A stretch of DNA of 64,000 nucleotides from Alkalispirochaeta sp. (GTDB lineage Bacteria; Spirochaetota; Spirochaetia; DSM-27196; Alkalispirochaetaceae), in assembly GCA_965601925.1 (NCBI GenBank), contig OZ271854.1, positions 4,608,001-4,672,000 on the forward strand, given 5' to 3'. The notes beneath the pieces were generated by a model. It saw only the letters and a program-made list of their open reading frames with translations, was not told the origin of the DNA and searched no databases. A program made the position numbers and the translations under genes. This document shows, piece after piece, positions 49,352 to 58,807 of the stretch (positions are counted from its first letter, which is position 1; every line of letters starts with the position of its first letter).

Positions 49352-50747
49352 GTATCGCTCCTTGAAGGAGGGACAGGCTGCGCGAAGCGTCGTCGGGGCC
49401 GGCGAGCAGGATGGGCTCTATATCCGACCATTTACAGTACTCCAGGAGGGTCGCCGTGTCGTCACCGTAGGCGATGGAGTAATGGTGCTCGATACCGTGG
49501 GAAAAAATCGCCTCAAGGAGCTTCGGAGCGCCGCAGTCAAAGACGATATCGACGTGGTTTCCCGCCAGTTCACGATCGGGTCGTACCGCGGTACCGGGAG
49601 CGATAAGAAGCTTGTAGCGCCCTTCGTCCTCGCTGAGCTTCGCCATGGTTACGCGTCCGTCGGCCAGTGGGAAGTCCGCGGCCATGCCGATTCCCTCCTT
49701 GATCGTGGGATGCTCGATGTAGCGCGTCCTCGCCTCGGGATCGGCGAGACAGCGAGCCGCCGGGCCGCAATGCCACGCCTTCACGACCCCTTTCGGACTG
49801 ATGTCGACCAAATCGGCGAGGAAGGGCGGTCGATCGGAGACCGAGCGGTGGATTACCATCGTCGCGAGCGCCGGGATATCACCCTCGCAACTCACGACGA
49901 CGCCCTCGTTATTCAGCCGTGATACGACGCCGCAGACCGCCACGCGGTACAGCGTCTGAAACTCGGGCCAACACCGAATTGCAAAGGCCGCAACGTCGTT
50001 CCGGTCACCGAATGCCCGAACGGCGCGATATACGCGCGCCGACCGTTCCACCGCTTCGCGCGTCGCCTCGACGAGATCGACCTCTCCGTATATTCGCGTT
50101 ACCTCTTCGGCCACTTCGTCGTCGGTGTATCGGCGTGCAGCCTCGACGACCTCGCCGACGGAGTGATAGATAATCTCCGGCCCGATCGTCCTCGCAAAGC
50201 GCAACTCGTCTACCCCGGCGCGATAAAATCCCGGAGCACGCTCGCCGATACTGCAGAATCGAGCGCGTCGCAGCCCCTTGCGGAGTCGGATCGCCGTGAT
50301 CCATCGCCGTATCGTCGCCCGCGCCTCATCCTCGTCGACCGACGCGTAGAGCGTACTGAAACGCCGCCGGAGCTTGTAGAGAAAACTGGCACTCATATTC
50401 AGTCCGCATAGCGAGTTAAGCGGCAAGGCGGGTATCCCCGGTGTCTCCGGCTCCCGGAATCCCCAGAGAAAAAGCGGCGTCGTGGGGATCGCCTCCGCAA
50501 GGGCGACGATGGTACGCCCCATCGAGAAGGTGCCGCATTGGATGATAATCATATCCGGCGCGTCGCGACCAAACACGTCGACGGCCTGTGCCACCTCACG
50601 CTCGTCGGTAACGACCTTGGGTACCGCGCTCACTTCGACATCCTGCTGAGATCGCAGAAGGGCTTCTGCGGCATCGAGATACGATTGAGCAATATCGACG
50701 CGAAACTTCACAAAACCGAGCGAAACAAGCCCTACCTTGACATTCAT
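49344..50747 (-). CDS. L-fucose/L-arabinose isomerase family protein
   Basis: NSLCG, IRCWPEF, SCEGD, WHCG and EHHY motifs. Confidence 0.88.
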   Translation of the reverse strand: MNVKVGLVSLGFVKFRVDIAQSYLDAAEALLRSQQDVEVSAVPKVVTDEREVAQAVDVFGRDAPDMIIIQCGTFSMGRTIVALAEAIPTTPLFLWGFREPETPGIPALPLNSLCGLNMSASFLYKLRRRFSTLYASVDEDEARATIRRWITAIRLRKGLRRARFCSIGERAPGFYRAGVDELRFARTIGPEIIYHSVGEVVEAARRYTDDEVAEEVTRIYGEVDLVEATREAVERSARVYRAVRAFGDRNDVAAFAIRCWPEFQTLYRVAVCGVVSRLNNEGVVVSCEGDIPALATMVIHRSVSDRPPFLADLVDISPKGVVKAWHCGPAARCLADPEARTRYIEHPTIKEGIGMAADFPLADGRVTMAKLSEDEGRYKLLIAPGTAVRPDRELAGNHVDIVFDCGAPKLLEAIFSHGIEHHYSIAYGDDTATLLEYCKWSDIEPILLAGPDDASRSLSLLQGAIHG

Positions 50748-50764
50748 CCGACAGCCTCCTCGCC

Positions 50765-51607
50765 TCATCGCCGTGCGGCACACGCCGCTATCCGCCCCGC
50801 TACCGCCTCTCGCAGTGCCAGCCGTCCCGCCTCTGCGACGCGCATCATGGGCGGCTCGTCAGCGCCGTCCAACGCATCGCGCATGCCGCGCACAAAAGCG
50901 CGATCGATATCGGTATAATAGTTGACTTTGGCAATCCCACGTTCGATGCAGCGTCGCAGTTGGCCGTCCTCGATTCCGGACGCTCCGTGGAGGACCAAAG
51001 GAACGTGAGTTTCCTCGGCAACTCGTTCAAGAACATCAATACGAAGCGCGACGGGGCCGTGATAGGTGCCGTGACGGTTACCGATCGCGACGGCCAGAGC
51101 GTCGATGCCGCTTGAAGTGACGAAATCGCGCGCCTGTGCGGGGTCGGTGTATACCGGCTCCACCGCGCGGTCGGCCTCATCGTGCCCACCCTCTTCTCCG
51201 CCGAGCGATCCCAGTTCAGCCTCCAGCGTCACGCCGCGACGATCACACACGACGCGGGAGCGCCGTGTAGCGTCTAGGTTCGCCGCGTAGGGAAGTGCGC
51301 TCCCATCGTACATCACCGAGTCGAATCCCGCCTCGACCGCACTCTCGACCTCCTCGACCGCGGTCGCGTGGTCCAGGTGGAGCGCGTACGGCGCCGTGTA
51401 AAACCGTCCGATGGCGCGCGCAACGGCGACAAACTCGGCAAATCGCATACTCTGTTCCCGGAGCTGAATCGGCGCGATCTGGAGGATCACCGGCCGGCGC
51501 GCATATGACGCGGCCTCCAAGACACCCTTGATACTCTCCATGTTGCTGACGTTTACCGCAACTACGGCCGAGCCCTCGCTACGGGCCCGTTGGAGCATCT
51601 CTTTCAC
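50765..51607 (-). CDS. Class II fructose/tagatose-bisphosphate aldolase
   Basis: HLDH, SVMYDGS, EAELG, IGNRHG and LHGASG motifs. GTGA overlap with dhaK. Confidence 0.9.
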   Translation of the reverse strand: MKEMLQRARSEGSAVVAVNVSNMESIKGVLEAASYARRPVILQIAPIQLREQSMRFAEFVAVARAIGRFYTAPYALHLDHATAVEEVESAVEAGFDSVMYDGSALPYAANLDATRRSRVVCDRRGVTLEAELGSLGGEEGGHDEADRAVEPVYTDPAQARDFVTSSGIDALAVAIGNRHGTYHGPVALRIDVLERVAEETHVPLVLHGASGIEDGQLRRCIERGIAKVNYYTDIDRAFVRGMRDALDGADEPPMMRVAEAGRLALREAVAGRIAACAARR

Positions 51608-52617
51608 GACGCCGTTTCGTCGTACTGAGAAAAGGCGACCGCGTCGGTAGAGGCTCTCCACAACGACTTGAGCCGATCATCGAGCTTACAGAACGAGAGC
51701 GCGATACCGCCCATCTCCTGGGTCGTAACGAAGCTCCCGATCAGCGGTTTGTACGTCGCGATATGTAGTTCTTCCAAGGCCGCGGCGACGGCACCGAAGA
51801 AGATCAAGAGCTCCATCTGGGTAGTAGAGCCGCATCCGTTTACGATGACGCCGAGTTCGTCTCCGCCCTCGTAGCCGCCGTCGGCAACGAGACGCTCCAC
51901 CATCATTCGCGCGACGTCCCGGGCGCTCGCGTGGGAGATGGTGTCTCGCGCCGCCTCGCCGTGCACCCCCATACCGAGTTGCAGCTCATCGTCGCCGAGA
52001 CGAAACATCTCGGCTCCCGTGAGGGGTGAAACACCGGGAGTTGAGGCTACCGTGAGTGTACGCGTTCGATCGCGAATGTGTCGCGCCAGTTCGGCCACTT
52101 GAGAGAGGTCGCTTGACATCTCGGCGTACACGCCGGCCATCTTGTATACGAACAGCGTGCCGGTCGTCCCGCGCCGCTCCTCGATCCTATCGGCCGGTGC
52201 GCTTGCGATGTCGTCGTAGAGAATCACCTCCTCCACGGTAATCCCGTCGTCTCGCGCCATCTCAATTGCCATACGCGCATTAATGACGTCGCCCTCGTGA
52301 TTGCTGATCAAAAGGACGACTCCCGCACCGCGATCGCTGGCGGCGACGGCGGCGCAGATGGTGTCCGGTCCCGGTGCGGCGAAGATGTTCCCGTACGCGT
52401 TGGCGTCGAGCATATTCCTCCCGACAAAGCCGATGCACGCCGGCTCGTGTCCCGATCCGTTGCCGATCGTCAGGCCGACACGTCCGACCGTCTTGGGCCG
52501 GACGCGCACAATGACCGACGAGCCGGGAAGCTTTCGCACCCGCTCACCATAGGCGCGGGCAAACCCCTCGATCATGTCCTCTACAATCGTCTCCGGGTCG
52601 TTTATAAACTTCTTCAT
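51604..52617 (-). CDS. dhaK: Dihydroxyacetone kinase-family DhaK subunit
   Basis: MKKFIN, GSGHEP, ERRG and GVHGE motifs. Confidence 0.9.
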   Translation of the reverse strand: MKKFINDPETIVEDMIEGFARAYGERVRKLPGSSVIVRVRPKTVGRVGLTIGNGSGHEPACIGFVGRNMLDANAYGNIFAAPGPDTICAAVAASDRGAGVVLLISNHEGDVINARMAIEMARDDGITVEEVILYDDIASAPADRIEERRGTTGTLFVYKMAGVYAEMSSDLSQVAELARHIRDRTRTLTVASTPGVSPLTGAEMFRLGDDELQLGMGVHGEAARDTISHASARDVARMMVERLVADGGYEGGDELGVIVNGCGSTTQMELLIFFGAVAAALEELHIATYKPLIGSFVTTQEMGGIALSFCKLDDRLKSLWRASTDAVAFSQYDETAS

Positions 52618-53240
52618 CGCTCATCTCCCATCGCCCCGGCCGACTGCGCAAGGGCGCGGATAATCAACCAACACGACGTCGCCCCGGCATCCCGGTGGCC
52701 CACCGATTTGTCACCCACGTACTTGGCTCGCCCGCGTTTCGCGACCATCGCCTGCGTCGCCTCGGCCCCGTTACGGCTCGCCCGCTCGGCCTCACCGAGT
52801 GCGTCGGAGAGGGAAAGGCCCCCATCCACGGCGTGGGAAAGCGCCTCCACCGCCGGATGTAGCGCGTCGATCAACGTTTTGTCCCCGGGGCGCGCGCCAC
52901 CGAGTGCTTGGATCTTCCGCAGGGCCGCGGTGAGTCCGTCGCGCACCGTCTCGGCCGACAGCTCGCCTTCGGCGAGGCTCCGCCCCAGCTCGATGAACAG
53001 CGTTCCGAACATCGGCCCCGATGCACCACCCATCTCGGAGAGGAGCGTACGGCCGAACAGAGTGAACATCCGCCCCGGGGGAGTGTCTGTTTGCAAACGG
53101 TCCAGAGCGACGCGCACGCCCCTGGCCAGACTCTCGCCGTGGTCGCCGTCGCCGACGGCGGCGTCGAGCTCTCCCAGGAGAACGCGATGCTCTTCGATCG
53201 ACCGGGTCACCATCGCCAATGTCGTTCTATCCATCGTCAC
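52614..53240 (-). CDS. dhaL: Dihydroxyacetone kinase-family DhaL subunit
   Basis: LDAAVGDGDHG, GGASGP, GDKTLIDAL, GRA and DAGA motifs. Confidence 0.9.
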   Translation of the reverse strand: MTMDRTTLAMVTRSIEEHRVLLGELDAAVGDGDHGESLARGVRVALDRLQTDTPPGRMFTLFGRTLLSEMGGASGPMFGTLFIELGRSLAEGELSAETVRDGLTAALRKIQALGGARPGDKTLIDALHPAVEALSHAVDGGLSLSDALGEAERASRNGAEATQAMVAKRGRAKYVGDKSVGHRDAGATSCWLIIRALAQSAGAMGDER

Positions 53241-54079
53241 GGTTCCTCTTTAAACAGGTCGCGCAAAAAGGCGATCCCCTCCTGCGCAGCGTGCCGCCGG
53301 GAGGGCTCGATATTCCTCCATATCGCAACCGCGTCGCCGATCTCGCAGTTCGATGTGACGAAGGACTCAAGGGTTATCCAGCTGTCGTAGTCGATCGTTT
53401 GGAGCGCGCGCTCAAGTGCGCGCCATCGCACGGATCCGCTTCCCGGCACACCGCGATCATTCTCGCATACGTGGAGATGAACCATTCGTTCACCCGCTTG
53501 CATGACGGCCCAACCGAGATCCTTCTCCTCGATCGACAGGTGAAACGTATCGAGATGCAGTCCGACATTGTGCGCACCGATACGGCGCACGAAACGCAAT
53601 CCGTCGTTAACGGTGTTCAGGAGCGATCCCTCGTATCGATTCAAGAGTTCCACGGCCAACGTCACGCCGCGGGAGGCTGCATACTCGGCGACGCGCACAA
53701 GAACGTCTATACTCCGCGTCGCGGCGTCGGCTTGCCGGCGTCCGGTAACGCCCCACGGCGCATACAAAACACCGCAGAGAATCTCGCTCTCCAGCTCATG
53801 ACAAATCTCGATGCACGTACGCAGGTGCGCCTCCCCCGCCGCTCGCAACGCGGCGTCCTCGCTCGTGATATCCGTCGCGGCGCTCAATCCCGTACCGCAC
53901 GTGCACGCCAACGCGGTCGCCCGCAAGGCGTCTCGCGCCGCAACGCGGTCAAAAGCGCGAGGATCGACGAGGGGAAACTCAACTCCGTCGTATCCCATCT
54001 CTGCCGCTACCGGCACATAGGGCACTACGTCCTCGGTCCACTCCTCGGTAAATGTTGAGAGATGTATTCCAAACTTCAT
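53237..54079 (-). CDS. D-psicose/D-tagatose 3-epimerase family (sugar isomerase/epimerase TIM barrel)
   Basis: ELLNRYE, HLDTFH, HVCENDRG and LESF metal/catalytic residues. Confidence 0.88.
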   Translation of the reverse strand: MKFGIHLSTFTEEWTEDVVPYVPVAAEMGYDGVEFPLVDPRAFDRVAARDALRATALACTCGTGLSAATDITSEDAALRAAGEAHLRTCIEICHELESEILCGVLYAPWGVTGRRQADAATRSIDVLVRVAEYAASRGVTLAVELLNRYEGSLLNTVNDGLRFVRRIGAHNVGLHLDTFHLSIEEKDLGWAVMQAGERMVHLHVCENDRGVPGSGSVRWRALERALQTIDYDSWITLESFVTSNCEIGDAVAIWRNIEPSRRHAAQEGIAFLRDLFKEEP

Positions 54080-54157
54080 ATGGACCCGCGTGATACCAAA
54101 CGGCCCGCCCGCGAGTACCCGCGGCCGGGCCGGTACGGAACTACCGTGCGCACCGAA

Positions 54158-55441
54158 TCAGAAAATGCGCGCGACGAAGCCCGACAAGACGGCGAAGATC
54201 GAAAAGTCGTTGCCGCCGAAGGCCTGTAAAAAGTCCGCGCCGGTACTCGCCAGGAACGGAAGCGATACGGCGGCAAACACCATCAACAAGACGCCGCCGA
54301 TCGCGCTCGCCAGAATCGCACCCCGTCGCCCACCGGTCGCGTTGCCGAAGATGGCCGCCGGCGCGACATCGAAAAAACAGGCCACCGTCAGGGGCACGAG
54401 CGAGTACACGAGCCGTCCGGTAAGGGAGATAACGACCAACGTCACGATACTGGTAGCGATGGAGACGATAAACCCGATCAACAGCGCGTTGGGCGCATAC
54501 GGGAAGACCATCGGGATGTCGAGGGCCGGCGTGCTGTCGGGGATCAATTTTCCGGAGATACCGTGGAACGCCGGGATGATCTCGTTAAGCATCATACGCA
54601 CACCGGTGAGCAGCACGGTGATACCGGCTCCGAAGGTCATACCCTGCAGAATCGCGTAGCTCACCAAATCGCCGCCGCCGAATGCGTTTGCGCGACCTTC
54701 GGCACCGATAATGAGACCGACGACGAAATAGAACAGCAGCATGACGATGCCGGTGGTTACGGTGGTGTCGCGGACGAACTCCATCCATTGCGGAATGGTG
54801 AGGTTTTCCGTCGATTTTTCCTTGGGGTCTTTGTTACCGAACGCCTTGCCGATGAGCCCGCCGATAATCCCGAGACCGACTGCGGTATGGCCGATGGTGA
54901 AGCTGTCGTCACCGGTAACCTTCTTTACGAACGGCTTGATGAGCGCGGGAGTTACAACGATGTAGAGCGAGAGCATAATCGTTGCAAACACGACCAAGGC
55001 GGTACCGCTCAGTCCACCCTCGACACCGGCGGCAACGAAAATGAAAGACATCCAAAAGAAGATGTGACCGGTGAGGAAGATGTTCTTCAGTTTCGTGAAC
55101 CGCGCGACCAACAAGTTCACAAGAAATGCCAGGACCATCACCAACCCGATCGTCGATCCGTGTGTTCCCAGAAATGCGCCGAACCCGAAATCGGGATCGA
55201 TCGCCCGCATCCCTTCGGCGGCGAAGATGTCCGCAAACGCCTGTCCGATCGGATTGATGGATGCGACGATAATGTCGACGCCTCGCATGAGGACGATGAC
55301 ACCGATCACCGTCTTGAGCGTCCCCTTGACGATCGTACTGAAGTCCTTCTTCTGCAACAACATACCGACCAGAGCAATAAGGCCCAGAAAAATCGGAGGC
55401 TGGCGAAAGATGTTCTGTACGAGGTAATTGATGAATCCCAT
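54158..55441 (-). CDS. ulaA: PTS EIIC, ascorbate (UlaA/SgaT) family
   Basis: IFLTGH, FTIGH, GVRM..EIIPAFHGIS.KLIP..PALD and GG..GA motifs. The symbol is family-level. Confidence 0.9.
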   Translation of the reverse strand: MGFINYLVQNIFRQPPIFLGLIALVGMLLQKKDFSTIVKGTLKTVIGVIVLMRGVDIIVASINPIGQAFADIFAAEGMRAIDPDFGFGAFLGTHGSTIGLVMVLAFLVNLLVARFTKLKNIFLTGHIFFWMSFIFVAAGVEGGLSGTALVVFATIMLSLYIVVTPALIKPFVKKVTGDDSFTIGHTAVGLGIIGGLIGKAFGNKDPKEKSTENLTIPQWMEFVRDTTVTTGIVMLLFYFVVGLIIGAEGRANAFGGGDLVSYAILQGMTFGAGITVLLTGVRMMLNEIIPAFHGISGKLIPDSTPALDIPMVFPYAPNALLIGFIVSIATSIVTLVVISLTGRLVYSLVPLTVACFFDVAPAAIFGNATGGRRGAILASAIGGVLLMVFAAVSLPFLASTGADFLQAFGGNDFSIFAVLSGFVARIF

Positions 55442-55502
55442 ATCCTTCTCCTCTCGTCTGACGCGCCTTGTACGCGCTTTCTCGATGACACTACAGTCTC
55501 GT

Positions 55503-55784
55503 TTATCGCGGCAGCACCTGTTGCAGCTTCTCCTTGATCTCCGCAGAGTCCAGAAAGTTCCCTACCTGAACGACGGGAACACTCACCTTTCCGTCGAGTT
55601 GTGCAAAAATCTCTTTCGACGTCACGATAAGATCGACTTGCTCTGACGCCGCGGTGGTCAAGTCCGCGGTAATGACCTCGGCTTTGATGTCGAGACTCTG
55701 CAGCACCTCCGCAAGCTTGATTTTGAGAATGACACTGCTCCCGACGCCGAAGCCGCACACCGCGGCGACTCGCATTTTTTGCAT
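55503..55784 (-). CDS. PTS EIIB component (UlaB/Gat type)
   Basis: VCGFGVGSS motif. RBS AAGGAG. Confidence 0.92.
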   Translation of the reverse strand: MQKMRVAAVCGFGVGSSVILKIKLAEVLQSLDIKAEVITADLTTAASEQVDLIVTSKEIFAQLDGKVSVPVVQVGNFLDSAEIKEKLQQVLPR

Positions 55785-55815
55785 ATCGGCTCTCTCCTTG
55801 GTGGGTCTATGTTCC

Positions 55816-55883
55816 TTTGTACGTCCGCTCCGGTATCCGCACAAGGGAAAGATATTTTTATTTGGCAAGAGTTCTCCGTGACA
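55816..55883 (-). promoter_or_regulatory. Operator TGTCA-N11-TGCCA plus AAATA-CTTT box, and promoter TTGTGC-N17-TACAAA
   Basis: Same motif and same offset to the -35 as at 44031. Confidence 0.7.
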
Positions 55884-55885
55884 CC

Positions 55886-57253
55886 CTACCGATCTCGAAA
55901 GCGCTCGGTCTCCCGTAGAATCGCCTCGGCGTTGTCTCGGTTAAGATTGGAGAACTTCGCTACCTCCCGCACGGCGATACTGATTTCCCGAGCATCCCGA
56001 TTGACCCGCGTCACGGTCTCCCGTATCTCCTGCGTAGCGCCGTTGAGATCGGCGATCGCGGTAACCATCTGCGAGTTTCCCTCCCGCATCTGTTGCGACC
56101 CGGTGTGGACGGTCGCGGTGATCTCTTGCATCTGCTTGAGGGCGTCAAGCACCTGTATGCCGCCGGTGCTCTGCTCCTTCAGCGATTGGCCGATCTCGCG
56201 GAAAACGCGGTTGACCGTCCCGATGTTGTCGACGATCCCCTCGAACTCGCCGTGCGTCTCCTTCACCATACCGACGGCCCCGTTGATCGCCGTGCGGATC
56301 TCATCGAGGTCGCGCTCTACCGATGCGGCCTGCGTTCCCGCCAACTCCGCAAGCTTGCGGATCTCGCCGGCAACGACTCCGAACCCCCTACCGGCGTCGC
56401 CGGCGTGCGCTGCCTCGATGGCGGCGTTCATCGCAAGGAGATTGGTACGTTGCGCGATATCGGAGATAAGCTGATTGGCCTGGGCGAGCTTCTCGGAGTT
56501 TTCGGCGATGGTCGTCGTCTTCTGAAGGACCGCTCCCAGCTTAGTGCGCCCGCCGTCGGAGGAGCGAACCAACGTCTCGACGCTCGCCGCTCCCCGCTCG
56601 GTAGACATATCTACCGCTCGGATGCTTGCAACGAGTTGCTCGACCGCGGAAGAAGATTCGCTAATGGTCGTCGATTGACGCTCGATCAGGTGATTCAACG
56701 ACTCGATCGCTTGGGACAGCTCAGATATCGTCGCGGAGGTTTCCTCAATTCCGGCCGCCTGCCCCTCGACGCTCCCATGTATCCCTTCGACCGCCGAGCT
56801 TATCAGATCGACCGCGTCGGCGGTCTCCTCCATGCTCGAAGAGAGCGTTCCGCTGGAGCTCTCCAGCATGCCCGCTTTGTCGTCGACCTGCCGCACGAGA
56901 TCTCGCAATACGGCAACCAGCTCCTTTGACGCCTCTCCGAGTCGTGCCACTTCCGCCCGACCGCGCCACGTGATCTGTTCGTCGAGATCTCCGGCCGCGA
57001 TGCCGCGTAGCGATTCCGCGATCCCGACGAGTTGGGACGCGATCGCACGACGCACCACCAGTCCGAGTATCACCGACATTACGGCCCCGCCGACAACCAG
57101 GGCGGCCAGAGAAAACGGTGATACATGCGCGGCGAAAAACGCTTGGGATAGTGCGCTCCACGCGGCGACGATAACGGTAAAGAGGAGAAACGCTACGGCA
57201 CTGACTGAGAGTGCGACCCCCATGGATTTCAATGAATGGTCCGCCTTCTGCAT
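55886..57253 (-). CDS. Methyl-accepting chemotaxis protein (2 TM, no periplasmic sensor domain)
   Basis: [34 protein letters not shown] motif and HAMP domain. Confidence 0.92.
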   Translation of the reverse strand: MQKADHSLKSMGVALSVSAVAFLLFTVIVAAWSALSQAFFAAHVSPFSLAALVVGGAVMSVILGLVVRRAIASQLVGIAESLRGIAAGDLDEQITWRGRAEVARLGEASKELVAVLRDLVRQVDDKAGMLESSSGTLSSSMEETADAVDLISSAVEGIHGSVEGQAAGIEETSATISELSQAIESLNHLIERQSTTISESSSAVEQLVASIRAVDMSTERGAASVETLVRSSDGGRTKLGAVLQKTTTIAENSEKLAQANQLISDIAQRTNLLAMNAAIEAAHAGDAGRGFGVVAGEIRKLAELAGTQAASVERDLDEIRTAINGAVGMVKETHGEFEGIVDNIGTVNRVFREIGQSLKEQSTGGIQVLDALKQMQEITATVHTGSQQMREGNSQMVTAIADLNGATQEIRETVTRVNRDAREISIAVREVAKFSNLNRDNAEAILRETERFRDR

Positions 57254-57386
57254 AACACCCTGCAACTTCGAGTCGGTAGTACAACCGTAGTGAGTTATTG
57301 TATGCCGTTAAGCGAGGAGAACACCAATCAAAGATATTTCTCTTTGTCGCGGTCGCCCCGTGCCAGGTTGTCGTATACATCGGCCA

Positions 57387-57414
57387 TTGAACCGACCGGA
57401 ATATCCTCTATAAT
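57387..57414 (+). promoter_or_regulatory. Sigma70-type promoter TTGAAC-N16-TATAAT
   Basis: Near-consensus match, 10 nt upstream of GTG 57425. Confidence 0.6.
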
Positions 57415-57424
57415 GCTACCCATT

Positions 57425-58231
57425 GTGAAATCGATTACTACCATTCCTACAGAACTGTGCAAGCGACTCACCCATCTCTTTACCGACATCGACGACACGA
57501 TGACGAGCGACGGCTTACTTCTCCGGGAATCGTTCGGCGCGATGTGGCGTCTGTCCGACCACGGTATCCGCGTCGTGCCGGTTACCGGACGTCCTGCCGG
57601 CTGGTGCGATCATATCGCTCGCATGTGGCCGGTGGAAGCTGTAATCGGCGAGAACGGCGCCTTCTACTTCGCCTACGATCGGACCGCTCGGCGCATGAAT
57701 CGGCGGTACCTGTTGTCCGAGGAGGAGCGTGAGGCGGCCGAGGAGCGCATGGAGCGCGCCCGACGACGCGTTCTTGCGGAAGTGCCGCGATCGGCGATCT
57801 CCGCGGATCAACCGTTTCGTTTCGCCGATTTGGCGATCGATTTTTGCGAAGACGTAGAACCGCTGGAAAAAAGTGAAATTGACGCGATCTGTCGAATTTT
57901 AGATGAAGAGGGACTTACTTACAAGGTTTCCAGTATTCATATCAATACGTGGTACGGAGACCACAATAAGGTAGCATGCCTCAAGCACTATCTATCAGAC
58001 CTTGCCCCGCCGACGGAAGCACCGTCTCTGTCGGAGGTCGTGTTTCTCGGAGATTCGCCCAACGACGAGCCGATCTTTGCGGAGGTGGAACACAGCATCG
58101 GCGTCGCCAACATTCGTACCTTCGAGGACAGGCTCACCCATCCTCCGGCCTACGTAACCGAACACGAGTCGGGCCTCGGTTTTGCCGAGGCGGTGGACGC
58201 GATACTGGCAAAACGCACGGCCGCCGGCTAG
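57425..58231 (+). CDS. HAD-IIB family hydrolase
   Basis: DIDDT, VTGRPAGW, GENG and GDSPNDEP motifs. Confidence 0.9.
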   Translation: MKSITTIPTELCKRLTHLFTDIDDTMTSDGLLLRESFGAMWRLSDHGIRVVPVTGRPAGWCDHIARMWPVEAVIGENGAFYFAYDRTARRMNRRYLLSEEEREAAEERMERARRRVLAEVPRSAISADQPFRFADLAIDFCEDVEPLEKSEIDAICRILDEEGLTYKVSSIHINTWYGDHNKVACLKHYLSDLAPPTEAPSLSEVVFLGDSPNDEPIFAEVEHSIGVANIRTFEDRLTHPPAYVTEHESGLGFAEAVDAILAKRTAAG

Positions 58232-58346
58232 CGGATCGCCGACGCAACGGTATCCGGCCGCGCCCACCCCACGAGCGGTGCCGTTTCCCGGCACGCCGTG
58301 CGACGGACCCTCTCGGCAGTGAATGCCGCACCCGGACCGGCGCCTC

Positions 58347-58720
58347 TTAGAAGAAGGAGTATCGCATACCCACGACGGCAAAGGCCCCGGGGTAGAGACG
58401 GCGGGGGACGCGCTGTCGAATGTTGCGTCCCGTATCTCCGCTTCATCGCCGGGGACCTGCCAATCAGAGGTCTCAACGCTGAAGCGATATCCGCCGCCGT
58501 AGATCGGTGTGTAGGGAGCGGCGACGAAGGTGAGCGAAGCCCCTACACTCGGCACGTCGTTTCCGTCCCCCGCGCGCACATCCTGCGCCGGAAGATCCAT
58601 CACCAGGTCGAGACGAAGGTCCGCCGTACCGTCTAGGTGTTCCCTCCCTCGACGATCCACCAAGCGTCCCCGAGCGCCGTGTTTGCGCACGCGACGGTGT
58701 GGGTGAGCGAGGGACGAGTT
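58347..58720 (-). pseudogene. Frameshifted remnant of a possible outer-membrane beta-barrel gene
   Basis: Coding-like GC3 continues across three frames and ends in LYPGAFAVVGMRYSFF*. Confidence 0.4.
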
Positions 58721-58807
58721 CACGCGCTCCGGCGTGCTTAAGGTCCTCGATCGACCGCACCGCCGCAGTCCGGTTACCGCGCGCGCATTCGAGGTCGCGC
58801 CGAACGG

